DNA from: Chiloscyllium plagiosum
Lineage: Eukaryota
DNA: 47,010 nucleotides
Assembly: GCF_004010195.1 (NCBI RefSeq)
Contig: NC_057719.1
Span: forward strand, 10,796,998-10,844,007
Direction: 5' to 3'
The position numbers were made by a program, and so were the translations under genes. Positions 10,689 to 22,382 of the stretch are shown here, piece after piece (the stretch's first letter is position 1; the number at the start of each line of letters is the position of its first letter). The notes under the pieces are model-generated. The model ran no database searches, was not told the DNA's origin, and was given only the letters and a program-made list of their open reading frames with translations.

Positions 10689-11840
10689 GACTCTCTCAGG
10701 CCCCACATTCCAAATCCCAATGACTCTCTTCATCTCACTCCTAGAACTCCTGTTGACAATTTTCAAATTGTGCTTCCCAACTAGCGAAACAGAATATCCT
10801 TCTTTACCCTGTAAAAACTGTTGAAAATTTTGAACATCTCAATAATGTCATCTCTCTGCTCCAAGGAGTATAAGCCCAATTTCTCTAATCTTTCCTGCTA
10901 TCTGAAACTCTTCGTTCCTGGCATCATTCTAGTACATCTCTTTGCACACTCTCCTTTGCCAAAAACTAAACACAGTTGTGGTCCAACCAATGATTTGTAG
11001 AGATGTAGCATCACTCCCTTGCTTTTATATTCTATGCCTCTATTTATAAACCCAAAAATTCAATGAGCTTTCGCAACAACTGTTTCAATTTGCCTGGCCA
11101 CCTTCAGAGAATTGTGTGTGTGAACTGTTACTCCCCTCAAAGTTGTACCATTGAGCCTGCATTGTCTCTCCATGTTTGTTCTACCAAAATGCACTACCTC
11201 ACATTTCTCTGCACTGAAAATCATCTGTCCATTTGGCCAACTTGTTAATGACCATCTAAAGTTACTCAGTATCATCCTCACAATTCACTATTCCCCCTCA
11301 CTTAGTATCATCTTCAGATTTATAGATATTGCTCTCAAAACCCATCTCCAAATTGTTTATATAAATTAGAAAAAGCAAGGGTCTGTATATTGATCCCTGG
11401 AGAATACTACTTTCAACTTGTCTCCAAACTGAGAAATGCCCATTTATACCAAATCTTTGTTTCCTATCCTTTAGCCAACTCCTAATCTAAGGATCTATGA
11501 ATCCCAAACATTCCTAATTTGCTAACTGACCTGCCATGTGGCACCATATCAAGTACTTTCTGAAAGTCCAAATATACAACATCTACAGCACACCCCTTAT
11601 CCATTGCCTGTATTGCCTCATCAGGGAACTCAATCAAATTTATCAGACATGGCCTGCTCTTGACAAAGTCATGTTGACCATCTCGTATTAATTTTCTTGT
11701 ATGAACTTAAAATTTTCTCTACGCCTGGATTACCTGATCCCATGTTATGTCCTCAGTCAGTTTCACCAGGCTGACAGTTTTGTAGTTTCTTGGATTATCC
11801 TTTGGCCCTTTCTTAAATAACGGTGTCACTCATAGTGTAA
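10689..11840 (-). mobile_element. Old CR1 LINE fragment (its tail is at about 9990-10075)
   Basis: FSAEKCEVVHFGRTN in ORF 11060-11281; CR1-like sequence throughout. Confidence 0.75.
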
Positions 11841-12378
11841 ATATCTTTGATCAACTCTCAAACTAACCTGTTGATTACTTTGAATCTATATCCTCTGATT
11901 ATTTCCCCCTCTGCCAGAGGAAATATCCTGGAAGTCCATTTTACAGCATTTTGCAAAATTCAGTATTTTGCAAATTCACTTGTGGTGTGGTCTTGTAGCT
12001 TCCAAAAGAGGTGAATGCAATCGTTGTTTCTGATTCCAAAGCTCGGACTGAGAGTGCTCCATACTTAGTGATTAGCACCTGAGGTAATATCGGCCCCAGA
12101 TTCTGATCGAAGTTGGAAACCCTATTGCTGACTCTGACCAGGTTGAAAATTACTCACTCACCTTTCAATGTCCTTCCGGGCTGGAGATTCTAGGACAGGA
12201 GTATCCTGTTACAAATGTGTCCAGGAATCCAAAGGCGGTGGAAATCTTTGCGGAAACCACACTCCACTTTGCAACAGTCAGTGATGCTGTGCTCTGTGAT
12301 TTAATCAACCAGCTGCAGAGCCAAGTCCTATGACAATTCCTGTGAAAGGTTAATTCGGGTAAGAGAGGTGCAGGAGTG

Positions 12379-12760
12379 CCAGCTGGTTAAATGGTTACAG
12401 AGTGCCAGGTGGGTGAGGTACCAGATGTTGAATTGGGTAAAGTGCGATGAGAATTTGGTGCTAGGTGGCTGAGATGGGGAATGTGCCAGGTGTCTGGGGT
12501 ACCAGGTGTCTGCGGTGCCAGGTGGCTGAGGTGCCAGTTGGTTGAGATGCAGAGCATGCCAGGTGGCTGGGGTGCCAGGTGGCTAAGATGGGGGTGTACC
12601 AGGTGGCTGGGGTGACAAGTAGCTGAGATGGGGGTATACCAGGTGTCTGCGGTGCTGGGTGTCTGCGGTGCCAGGTGGCTGAGGTGCCAGGTGGCTAAGA
12701 TGGAGAGCATGCCACATTGCTAGGGTGCCATATGGCTGAGATGAGGGTGTACCAGGTGGT
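12379..12760. repeat. G-rich degenerate minisatellite (longer copy, probable donor)
   Basis: Repeated CCAGGTGGCTG / GGTGTCTGCGGTG units. Confidence 0.9.
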
Positions 12761-13332
12761 TGGTCCTCCTGGGAGCAGATACAGCGGAGGCGGAAGAATT
12801 GGGAATAATGGATGGCATTTTTACAGGAGGTAGGGTGGGAAGAGGTGTAAGTTGAAACTTTATTGCTGGAACAGCACAGCAGGTCAGGCAGCATCCAGGG
12901 AACAGGAGATTCGACGTTTCGGGCACAGGTCCTGAAGAAGGGCCTATGCCCGAAACGTCGAATCTCCTGTTCCCTGGATGCTGCCTGACCTGCTGTGCTG
13001 TTCCAGCAATAAAGTTTCAACTTTGATCTCCAGCATTTGCAGACCTCACTTTCTCCTGGGAAGAGGTGTAATCCAGGTAGCCGTGGGGGTCAGTGGGTTT
13101 GTAAAAAATGTCAGTGTTAAGTTGGTCGTCATTGATGGAGATGGAGGGGTCCAGGAAGGAGACGGAGGTTTCAGAGTTGGTCCAGGTGAATTTAAGGTTG
13201 GGGTGAAATTGTTGGTGAAGTTGATGAACTGCTCAACCTCCTCACGGGGGCATGAGGTGGCGCCGATGCAGTAATCAATGTAGCGGAGGAAGAGGTGGAG
13301 AGTGGTGCTGGTGTAACTACAGAAGATAGACT
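12761..13332 (-). mobile_element. Penelope-like reverse transcriptase fragment, split by a fold-back insertion
   Basis: Minus-strand translation FLRYIDYCIGA...FHPNLKFTW...FYKPTD...YTSSHPTSCKNAIHYSQFFRLRCICS (catalytic DD mutated to DY). Confidence 0.88.
12851..13057. mobile_element. PLE-derived fold-back element with an intact + strand hammerhead (12932-12959)
   Basis: Arms 12851-12929 and 12943-13021, tail to 13057, TSD GGGAAGAGGTGTAA (12837-12850, 13058-13071). Confidence 0.88.
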
Positions 13333-13354
13333 GTCACTTTCACCTCGTCCTTTT

Positions 13355-14320
13355 CAAGTAGTTTACCTCACTCAATTTCTTCTCAATTTGATACAGTCCA
13401 TTACACTTTGCTTTCAATGGCTCACCTGGCACTGGAAGTAACCTTATCCCCAATTGCAAAATTGTGCATTTGTGATTTCTTATCCGCTTCCTGTTTCATT
13501 GTATGCTGTGATAGTTTTAAATGCTGTCTAGCCAACTCTCCAGCTCTATTTAATCATTGTCTAAAATTTGACACATGGTCCAAATGGGTGGTCTTTGAAT
13601 CCTGACTTATTAATTTCTCCTTAATCAATTTTAATGATCCTCTTACTTCATGCCCAAAAATTAATTCAAATGGACTGATTTAGTCAATTCATTCGGTACA
13701 TCTCTGATCGCAAAAAGTACAAATGGAACTTCCTTATCCCAATCATCTGGATAATCCTGACCATAAGCCCTCTACATGGTCTTTAGTGTTTGGTGCCATC
13801 TCTCTAGCGCTGCCTGTGATTCCGGATGATATGCAGTAGATTTAAATTGCTTTGTTCCGAAGTTATCCATAACCTCCTTGAATAGTTTGGATGTGAAGTT
13901 TGATCCTTGATCTGACTCAATCTCTCTTGGAAGTCCGTATCTAGTTAAAAATTTAACTAGTTCTTCTACAACCTTTTTTGATGTGATATTGCGTGATGGG
14001 GTTGCCTCTAGAAATCTAATTGGCACATCCATTATTGTTAATAAATACTTATTCCCACTTTTTGTTTGAGGTAGGGGACCTACGCAATCAATAAAGACTC
14101 TTGTGAAAGGTTCCTCAAATGCTGGAATAGCTATTAAAGTTGCAGGTTTTATTACTGCCTGCGGTTTTCTGATGAGCTGACATGTATGACACATCTGACA
14201 AAATTCAACTATATCTTTGCATAATACAGGCCAGTAAAAATGTCTTTGTATTTTAGCCTATGTTTTCCTCACCCCTAAATGACCTCCAAGAGGTAGTTCA
14301 TGCGTCATTTGCAGCACCTC
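13355..14320 (-). pseudogene. Integrase (HHCC, DDE core, GPY/F-like motif), interrupted
   Basis: HELPLGGHLG...CHTCQ, FIDCVGPLP, ESDQGSNF, YHPESQAALERWHQTLK. Confidence 0.9.
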
Positions 14321-14602
14321 CTTTCTTTACCCTACTGGCAAAACAATTTGATGAATCTCTGCCCATTTCTCAACTGCTTGAATGTGTGATGGTCTCTATT
14401 TCCTCATTAAGACATCATTTGTTAAGTAATAATTCACAGGAATGCATTCACTTCCTTTCTCTGTAAATGCCTTTTGATATAACTGTTTTAAGTTTTCATC
14501 AGCTTAGCAGAGCTAAAGATACTGGCATGCTTACCTATTTGCTCTTTCACTGTTCCACTTGTCTGATCAAAGAAGGTCTTGGATAACACTATATTAGCTT
14601 CC

Positions 14603-16342
14603 TTATCTCTGCCTTTTGATCTCTCCTGCTTCAACTTGTGCCTCTGCGATCTTGTGATTCATGTCTTCAGTTGCCTGCGTCTCCACTGGCTTTTCAACTA
14701 GAGTAGGCAGCACACCTACCAGTGAATCAGCTATATCATTTGCAAGGACAAATTGTATTCCTGGAGCTGACAGTTTGTCCAGTACTCCTAACACCAATTC
14801 TCCATTCTCCTCTGGACTCTCTAGCCTCACTTTGCATAACTGAGCACTTTTTGTCTCACCATGAATTCCTGTTACCAGTACCTTTTCTGGCAATAGTCCC
14901 TCAGGATTGTATATCTCCTCATCCCTCAGCATTGCAGACTGAGACGATCCTGTGTCCCTTAATATTGTAATTTCCTTACCTACTGCGCCTGGCCTATGTG
15001 AATAAACTTTACCCTTGCATGTACATTTTTTAAGCAGATCTGGCACTTCCTCCTTAATCAACCTCTGATCATCTTGTACACTCTGAGGCAGTTGTCTAAC
15101 TTCCCTTGTGCTTTTTGTAACCAGTCCAACAAAACTCTCAGACTTGTCTGGTTTTCCTACATCTGGCTTTCTGGCTTTCTCCCAACACTCTGATTTTGTG
15201 TGGCCCACTTTATTACAATGAAAACACCAGAGCTTTTTACCTTCTTTGTCCCCCTCCAAGGGTTTCTTTTTTACCCTGTGATAAGTTCTCCTTATGATCT
15301 TCACTGAGATCTACCTTTCCCTTTCCATGTGAGGTTTTCTCTATACCCCAGTTTCTATCCCTCATGGACTGAAATTGATTCTTGAAGCCAAATTGTGTTT
15401 TATGGACCAATTCATAATCATCAGCCACTTCAGCTGCTAACCTCACCATTTCAACTCTCTGCTCTTCTATGTGAGTTTGCACTACGTCAGGCAGTGAATT
15501 TTTGAATTCCTCCAAAATAATTACCTCTATAAGGGCATCATAAGTTTGCTCAATTTTTAAAGCTCTTATCCATCCATCAAAATTACTCTGTTTGATCCTT
15601 TCAAACTCAATATAGGTTTGACCAGGGTCCCTCCTTAGATTTCTGAGATGTTGTTTATAGGCTTCTGGTACAAGCTCATCAGCACTTCAAATGGCTTTTT
15701 TCACCTCCTCATACTCCCCAGATACCTCCTCTGATAACGATGCGAAGACCTCACTAGCCCGACCTACAAGTTTCATTTGGATGAACAAAACTCACATTGC
15801 CACTGGCCACTGCATTTGTTTAACTACCTTTTCAAATGAGATGAAAAAGGCTTCCACATCCTTCTCATCAAATTTAGACAATGCTTGAACATACTTAAAC
15901 AGTTTTTCACCAGGTTTCTGACTACCAGGGACTTGCTCATCCTTACTAAGCCTACCCTCAGCCTTTATCTCCAGCCATTTAAGCTGAATGCCAGTTTTTG
16001 AAGCTCAAAAGCTCTCTCTTTTTCTTTCCCTGCTTGTTTTCCCTCTCTTCTGCTTTTAATCGTAACCCAAACTGTTTCATTTCTGCTGCCCTTTCCTTAT
16101 CTCTTGCCTCTAACTCAAGCTGCTTCATTTGCAATTGAATCCTTGCCATCTTTATAAATTCTGAGGGCTTCTCCAGCAAGTTTAAATGCTGAGCTACTGC
16201 TGTAATTATCTCTTTTTTCCTCACAAAAGCAGGCAGTTCCAATTCCAGCTTCTCTGCTAATTCTTGCAACTTGGTCTTATTCCCTTTTTTGCAAAGTCAC
16301 CGCATCCACTTCCAGAAAACTTTTGGTGACTGAAAGAGCCAT
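14603..16342 (-). pseudogene. gag and aspartic protease, frameshifted
   Basis: Coiled-coil N-terminus, EEFKNSLP...AAEVADDY capsid/SCAN-like segment, zinc knuckle, DTG protease motif. Confidence 0.85.
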
Positions 16343-16398
16343 TCCTATCCTATGTTTTGTCTACCCAACCAAACCATTTTAAACACTCGCTATTTAAA

Positions 16399-16417
16399 AT
16401 CCCGCAAAGAGCCCCCA
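16399..16417 (-). promoter_or_regulatory. Primer-binding site complementary to the tRNA-Pro 3' end
   Basis: TGGGGGCTCTTTGCGGGAT, 3 nt internal to the LTR end, versus canonical TGGGGGCTCGTCCGGGAT. Confidence 0.8.
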
Positions 16418-16420
16418 ATC

Positions 16421-17063
16421 TGTCATGTACTAGGCCAGACCACTCAAAATATTCTTAAGCAGGCAGCCCCAGAACATAACATTGCAATTTGTTTCGGTAA
16501 GTAAGTGCACAGTGAAAAATACCCCAGAGTAAGATAGCTAGGTTGACTACTAGATTTTAAACACACAACAATTTATTCATAAAATGACACAATGAAACAC
16601 AAAAAACAGAAGAGCCCCTACAGAACTCAGTCTATCCAAAGTGGACTTAATTATGCAGATCCAAATATACACAATAGTCTAAATAAGCAAACTCCCTTTA
16701 AAGACCAGTATAAATGGAACACATGCTTACAGATTGAAATTGAAGGGCGGAAGGAGAGAGAGAGAGTTTCTACACAGCTCCTTGTTGAACCTCTCACCAC
16801 ATCTAGAGCGAACTAAAACTGCTCAGCTCAGCTAGAGAGCTGACCATTGCCTTCTCTTTATACAGGTCACTTCTAAAACATGACCACTTTGGCCTGAAGT
16901 CTCATCTGTTTACATATCAACAAAAGGCCTCTTTTCATCTCTGTACAAAACCAGACCAATTGGAGCCCGGTCTGGTCTATTGCTCCTCTGAAAAAAATCA
17001 AGGACGGAGTCTCTTTGAGCCAAGGAGCAGCTTTCAGAAAAAAAAGGGACTAGCTTTGTGACA
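16421..17063 (-). repeat. 5' LTR of the Gmr1-like element (643 bp)
   Basis: TGTCA...TGACA termini; homologous in reverse to 30459-31102. Confidence 0.88.
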
Positions 17064-18789
17064 TTGGTAAGTGGATGTCAGGTCTTAGGGGGAGGGTGAA
17101 AAGTAATGGCAGTATGTTTGGTTCAACAGGTGAGAAGGGGCTACCTCATATCGGAGGTGTTCAGCCTTGAGGAGTCAGGCTGGTGAGGGAGGGGCTGTCG
17201 GGTGAGGAAGGATTTCAGGACAGATACAGCAGTGTCATTGGGATTAGGGATCATTGGGTCTGGTGGTGGGGTGGAGCATTACAAGATCTGTCAGGAGTGA
17301 GGGCCATTGGGTTTAACACCTGCGGGGAGGGTTTGCAAAGCCCAGGTGGGGGACAGAGTGCAGGCCTACAGGGAATAGAGCTAGTTGGGTCAGGAGGCAT
17401 GGCCGCTTGGAAGCCCAAGGTTGGGTGAAATTGGGTCAGAGGGCATCTGCTTGAGGAAACCCACTGTTATGAGGGATCTGGTTTTGGGAAGGTTCGAAGC
17501 ATTGGAGAGGGGTTGGAGGTGCAGATGGGGTGAACAGTTGCAAGTTAAGCAGTCAGCTAATTTGTTGTCCAGGAGTTAGAGCACATTTTCAATGCTCTAA
17601 TCTTTTCGAGATAACTATTAAACTTAACAGAGGTAGAATCCTCTGAATGTACGGATTTTGAGGTCATCTTCACAGGATCCCGGGTGAAGGTGATGTGCAA
17701 ATTGGATAGAGTCATGGAGGTCTACAGTGGAAAAGGCCCCTTGCCCATTGAGTCTGTGCTGATCAATACCAACGATTCCTCCATTCCCATGTTCCATCAC
17801 TTGATCCCTACCCTTTATATCTTGGCATTGTAAGTAAGACCTAAATAGTTCTTCAATGTAATAAGGGTTTCTGTCCTTCCAACCTTAATTTCCACAGGGA
17901 TTCCACATGGTCCTGATTACGACTCCGGTCTACACTGCAGAGACAACTCTTTTGCCTTCGGAGTATCTGGGGCAATGTTAATAATACGGCCTTTCAAAAT
18001 CAGGCAATGTTGATCAGGTTAGTTCATCAGCCTGGTCAAATTCAATACTACCTTTACACTATTCTCTGGTCTCTGAAGTTTGATTAACGTTTTGGACCAG
18101 GTTTCTTTAAGAGTCAAGTCACCTTCAATAAACACATTAGGAACTAGAGAATGCATATTGTTCCAAGTGAGTGCTGATTTGTCACCTTTAGATCAGTAGG
18201 ACGGAAGGAATCCTACCAACTTGACCAAATATACCCAGCAAAATGGGAGAGGGGGTTAGTCTTCGTAATGGTTACCATGAAGTGGTCAGATTGCCAACTC
18301 AATTTCCACAAGTAGGGACATTGCAGGAAGTTGTCAGTCAACTGTAATCCAACCTGTGCCTCTCAAGATTGAATCTCTTTCCCCAACACAAAGACAATTA
18401 CTGTGACATTAGAAGATGATTTACGAAAAAAAATAAATTAAAATTCAGCTACTGCAGAACTGGACTTACTTACAATTGCCTGGACTTTCCTAAATGCCTG
18501 CTAATTTGCACATTGAGGTAATTACAAGCAACATTGCTGAAGCAAATCTATATCCCCTCTATTCCAGGAGTAAATTAAAATACCTCTGAATATGTAATTT
18601 AGAAATGCTCTTTTCTGTGATATATGTTCCCTAAGACATCACACTCCCAAATAATTCAGTGTTTTATTTTATTGTGTGCTGAATGAATGAAGATAAACAA
18701 CACACTAAATTAACCAGGCTGGCACACAAATTGTGTGTGCTGTGAATCTTTTGTAATAAACTATTATAACAGATGACCAGAGTGTAAAG

Positions 18790-19250
18790 ACACTTGTTAG
18801 TCCTCAGCTGGAGTATTGTGTGCAGTTCTGAGTGCCATACTTTAGGAGGGTTGTGAGGGGTGCAAAAGAGGCTTACAAGAATGGTTCCAGGGATCAGTCA
18901 TGAGGAAAGTTTGAAGAAGCAGCACAGTGGCTCAATGGTTAGCATTGCTACCGCACAGTGCCAAGGATCTGAGTTCGATTCCAGCCTCAGGCAGCTGTCC
19001 GTGAGGAGTTTACAGGTTCTGTCTATGTCTGCATGGGCTTCCACCCAGAGACCAAAGATATGCAGACGAGGTGGATTAGCCATGAGAAATAGAGGGATGG
19101 GGGTGGGATGCCTCTTCAGATGGTCAATGTGGACTCGATAGGTGGAATTACCTGTTTCTAGTGCAGGGATTCTATGAGATAGACATTTAGCTATCGAATG
19201 GCAGAAAATCTGTTTTTCTGGTTTAAAGGGCTGAATGGCCTGGTTCCAAG
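18790..19250 (+). mobile_element. CR1 fragment plus HE1-type SINE (about 18918-19175)
   Basis: LEYCVQF...QKRLTRMVPG followed by a GCACAGTGGCTCAATGGTTAGCA tRNA-like head. Confidence 0.7.
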
Positions 19251-19439
19251 TATGGTGCACATTATTTATTCAACTGAGAATCAGCAAGATTTCTATAACA
19301 GATATCAGGTGCTGTAGAATATGATAGAACTAGTGCTAAGGTCTGGAGGTATATTACTGTACACAATTTGCATTTATATAAAATAAGTAAGTGCACTAAC
19401 CAGTAAAAAACAGATTTTCGGCTCATTTTATTATATTCC

Positions 19440-19580
19440 ATTTGTGGTCTCTTGCTGCCCACACACTGAACGCTGCATTTCCTCACAATACAGTAGTGAG
19501 TACGCTCCAGAAATACTCCATTGCCTTGAGAAGCATTTCGGGGCAATCTTATAATGTGAAAGATGCTATTAAAATGTTAA
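19440..19580 (+). mobile_element. Deu-domain SINE 3' part, degenerate
   Basis: TTTGTGG..CTTGCTG...GCATTTCCT...GTGAAAGATGCTAT resembles the tail of 36063-36460. Confidence 0.5.
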
Positions 19581-19749
19581 TTCATTATTTTTTAAAACTG
19601 TTTGGTAAAATCCCAATCCGATGCTGGTTATAAAAGTTTGGGCTAGGGGCTTGAATGTTCCGGGTGGAACTGGATATTGGGATGGGATGGTTCGGAGCTA
19701 AATTTGAATGGGTAAGGATGTCCTTTCCTTATTGTTGACTTCTCTTCAG

Positions 19750-19816
19750 ATGTATTAGAGAAAGCTGGAAAACAATTACCACTTGCAGCGGAAATGGGCA
19801 ATGTGACAGAATTTAA
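19750..19816 (+). CDS. Probable terminal coding exon of the unnamed + strand gene
   Basis: Strong acceptor TCCTTTCCTTATTGTTGACTTCTCTTCAG; phase-2 frame (R)CIRESWKTITTCSGNGQCDRI-stop. Confidence 0.5.
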
Positions 19817-20491
19817 ACAAAAATAGACCATTGTGATTCACAGTTAAATGTCTTGTCTCCTTGAAAAGCAGATCATTTCACCAATTACTCATATGCTTCA
19901 CCACTATTTACACCATTGTATGATTTAATCTGCAAGTAAACAAGATTTATTGACATGCTTATGTGAAGCTGTTGCCCTTTTAGGAAAGGAACGCAAAACT
20001 AGTTTGACCTTTCCACCACTGTGCCATTTTTAAGGTTTTCACAAATATCCTAGTAACCAGGGATATAATTACACTTTTTTTAAAGTGATGCCTACACCTC
20101 CCATACAACCAACTGTCAGACTCTCCTGATGACTTACTGTGTGCTTATGACTGCCACTATCAGTGCCAGATTGCTATTCACAATTCATTCCCTTTGCCAC
20201 CATGTCCTTTCCTAGGTAGTCACCAATCCACTGAACCCTGGAAGTCCATGCCTTCTCTGAGCTTTTTCAAGTTGTAAACTCCAGCACAAAGGTTTGAATG
20301 TTAGCGTGTCGTTTAGGGCCGTTGACCCATTTTCACCATTCTCTATCTACCTTAGTCATAGATCTCCCCCCTCCCACTGTCAATCTGCACCTTCTCATCT
20401 TAAATCCCACATAAACCAAACACAACTTTCAAAGTCTCAAATTTCTCCATTGTGAAACCGCCTACTTCTACCACAGTAACGTCTGTTGCGA

Positions 20492-21302
20492 GGAGAAAGC
20501 GAGTACTGCAGATGCTGGAGATCAGAGTCAAGATGAGAGTGGTGCTGGAAAAGCACAGCAGGTCAGGCAGCATCTGAGGAGCAGGAAAGTCTACGTTTCG
20601 GGCAAAAGCCCTTCATCAGGAATGAGGCTGGGAGCCTCGGGGGCAGAGAGATAAATGGGAGGGGGGTGGGACTGGGGGAGGAGGTAGTTTTTCCATCTGT
20701 GCTGGAAAAGCACAGCAGGTCAGGCAACATCTGAGGAGCAGGGGAATCAACGTTGAGAGTGCAACAGGTGGAAGAAGGTGGGGTGAAGGTGATAGGTTGG
20801 AGAGGAAGGTAGAGCGGATAGGTGGGAAGGAAGATTGATAGGTGGGACAGGTCATGAGGACGTTGCTGAGCTGGAATAAGGTGGGGGGGGGGGGAAATGA
20901 GGAAACTGGTGAAGTCCACATTGATGCCCTGGGGTTAAAGGGTCCTGAGGCGGAAGATGTGGCGTTCTTCCTCCAGGTGTCGGGTAGTAAGGGAGTGGCA
21001 ATAGAAGCAGCCAAGGACCTGCATGTCCAGGGTAGAGTGGGAAGGGGAGTTGAAATGTTCATCCACGGTGCGGTGGGGTTGATTGGTGCAGGTGTCCCGG
21101 AGACGTTCTCTGAAGCATTCTGGCTGAACACTTCAACTCCCCCTCCCATTCTGCCAAAGACATACAGGTCCCTTACCTATCACCTTCACCCTCTCATCCA
21201 TCCACCTATTGCACTCTCAACATTGATTTTCCTGCTCCTCGAATGCTGCCTGACCTGCTGTGCTTTGCCAGCACCCCTCTAATCTTGACTCCCAACATCT
21301 GC
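20492..21302 (-). mobile_element. Penelope-like fragment: GIY-YIG C-terminus, partial tandem pLTRs and an inverted terminal arm (21122-21302)
   Basis: Minus frame EHFNSPSHSTLDMQVLG...LEEERHIFRLRTLQPQGINVDF; hammerhead CTGATGAAGGGCTTTTGCCCGAAACGTA at 20592-20619 (-). Confidence 0.88.
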
Positions 21303-21310
21303 TGCGATTC

Positions 21311-21535
21311 TAGACTGGAGCACCAAATTTAAATTACAGTCCCAGACCGGCACAAAATTTGCATTACGGTCCCAGACAGGACACCAAATTTACGTTTCAA
21401 TCTCAGACCGCACACCAAATTTACATAACAGATTGGATGCAAAATTTATGTTACAGTCTCAGACCGGTCACCAAATTTATGTTACTGTCCCAGTCGGACT
21501 ACCTAATTTATGTTTCAGTCTGGTCAGGGACATTT
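21311..21535. repeat. About 30-bp minisatellite, about 7 degenerate copies
   Basis: Consensus approximately CAGACCGGACACCAAATTTATGTTACAGTCC. Confidence 0.8.
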
Positions 21536-21538
21536 CAG

Positions 21539-21712
21539 GTCAACATTTCGGGTCGAGTAACCTTCTTTCGAACTGAACGGTGGTCAGAAGAATGGTCACT
21601 GGACCCAAAGCGTTGACTTTTCTTTCTCTCTGCAGATGCAGCCAGACCTGTTGAGTTTCTCCAGCTATTTCTGTTTTTGCTTCAGATTTCCAGCATCTTA
21701 CAGTTCTAAGTT
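21539..21712 (+). mobile_element. PLE terminal fragment, family 3, with a short inverted hammerhead arm
   Basis: GTCAACATTTCGGGTCGAGTAACCTTCTT inverted against AAGAATGGTCACTGGACCCAAAGCGTTGAC. Confidence 0.65.
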
Positions 21713-22382
21713 TCTTTTTGTTTAATTTATTCCCTTGCCTCACTTATGCTGCCTCAGTGCATTACCTGACATTTATCTGGAATAAAATTTGTTTGATCAG
21801 CCCATCTGACCAGCCCATCCTCCCATTACCTAAGGCTCACTATGTATCACCCTACCAATTTTCATATCAGCTGCCTTAAATCCTAACTGTTATACCTAAT
21901 TTCACCTTTGACGTCCTGTTCAGTGAACCCTGAATTGTTTTGAGTGACCAATTGAAAACCTTGCAATGAGCTCCTCCTCTATTGCTAGGCAGAAGTGAAC
22001 GTTGACTTGCGCACACAAAATGATGCTTAGAACTAAAGTATCTTGTTACATGTTGCTTTGCTCCATTATCTGCTGCTGAAACTGTGCCTTTGTAACCTCT
22101 GCAATCTCCAATCCTCCCTTGGTCACCCTTCATCAACTCCAGCTCATTGAAAACTCTGCTGCCCACAACAGGTCCCACATCATGCATCACTGACCTACTT
22201 TAGCCCAAATCCTCCCTTGTTTCAGGTTATACATTTATACCTTCTCTGAACCGCTTCCAATTTATTTACATCCTTCGTTAAATAAGGGGACTAAAATATA
22301 GAATTCAAGATATGGTCTCACCATTGCCTTTGAAGCAAACATCCTTAAACTTATGTTCAATTCTTCGTGTAGCAAGGGATGG

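Larger units (their letters stand above)
13355..17063 (-). mobile_element. Gmr1-like Ty3/Gypsy LTR retrotransposon, 3'-truncated and degenerate
   Basis: LTR 16421-17063, PBS, gag from ATG at 16342, CCHC knuckle CFHCNKVGHTKSEC, protease LRDTGSSQS, then HHCC and DDE integrase and a GPY/F-like motif; no RT. Confidence 0.9.

Noticed and set aside
10190..13020. His/Pro-rich ORFs (WHLSHLAPQ repeats)
   Set aside because: Read-through of the G-rich minisatellite, SINE and PLE arms
18101..18166. + strand exon candidate with a GTGAGT donor
   Set aside because: Open only in phase 0, incompatible with the phase-2 junction 9600/19750, and the acceptor is weak
21311..21535. CRISPR-like spacing of about 30-bp repeats
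   Set aside because: Units are contiguous with no unique spacers, there are no cas genes, and the context is vertebrate
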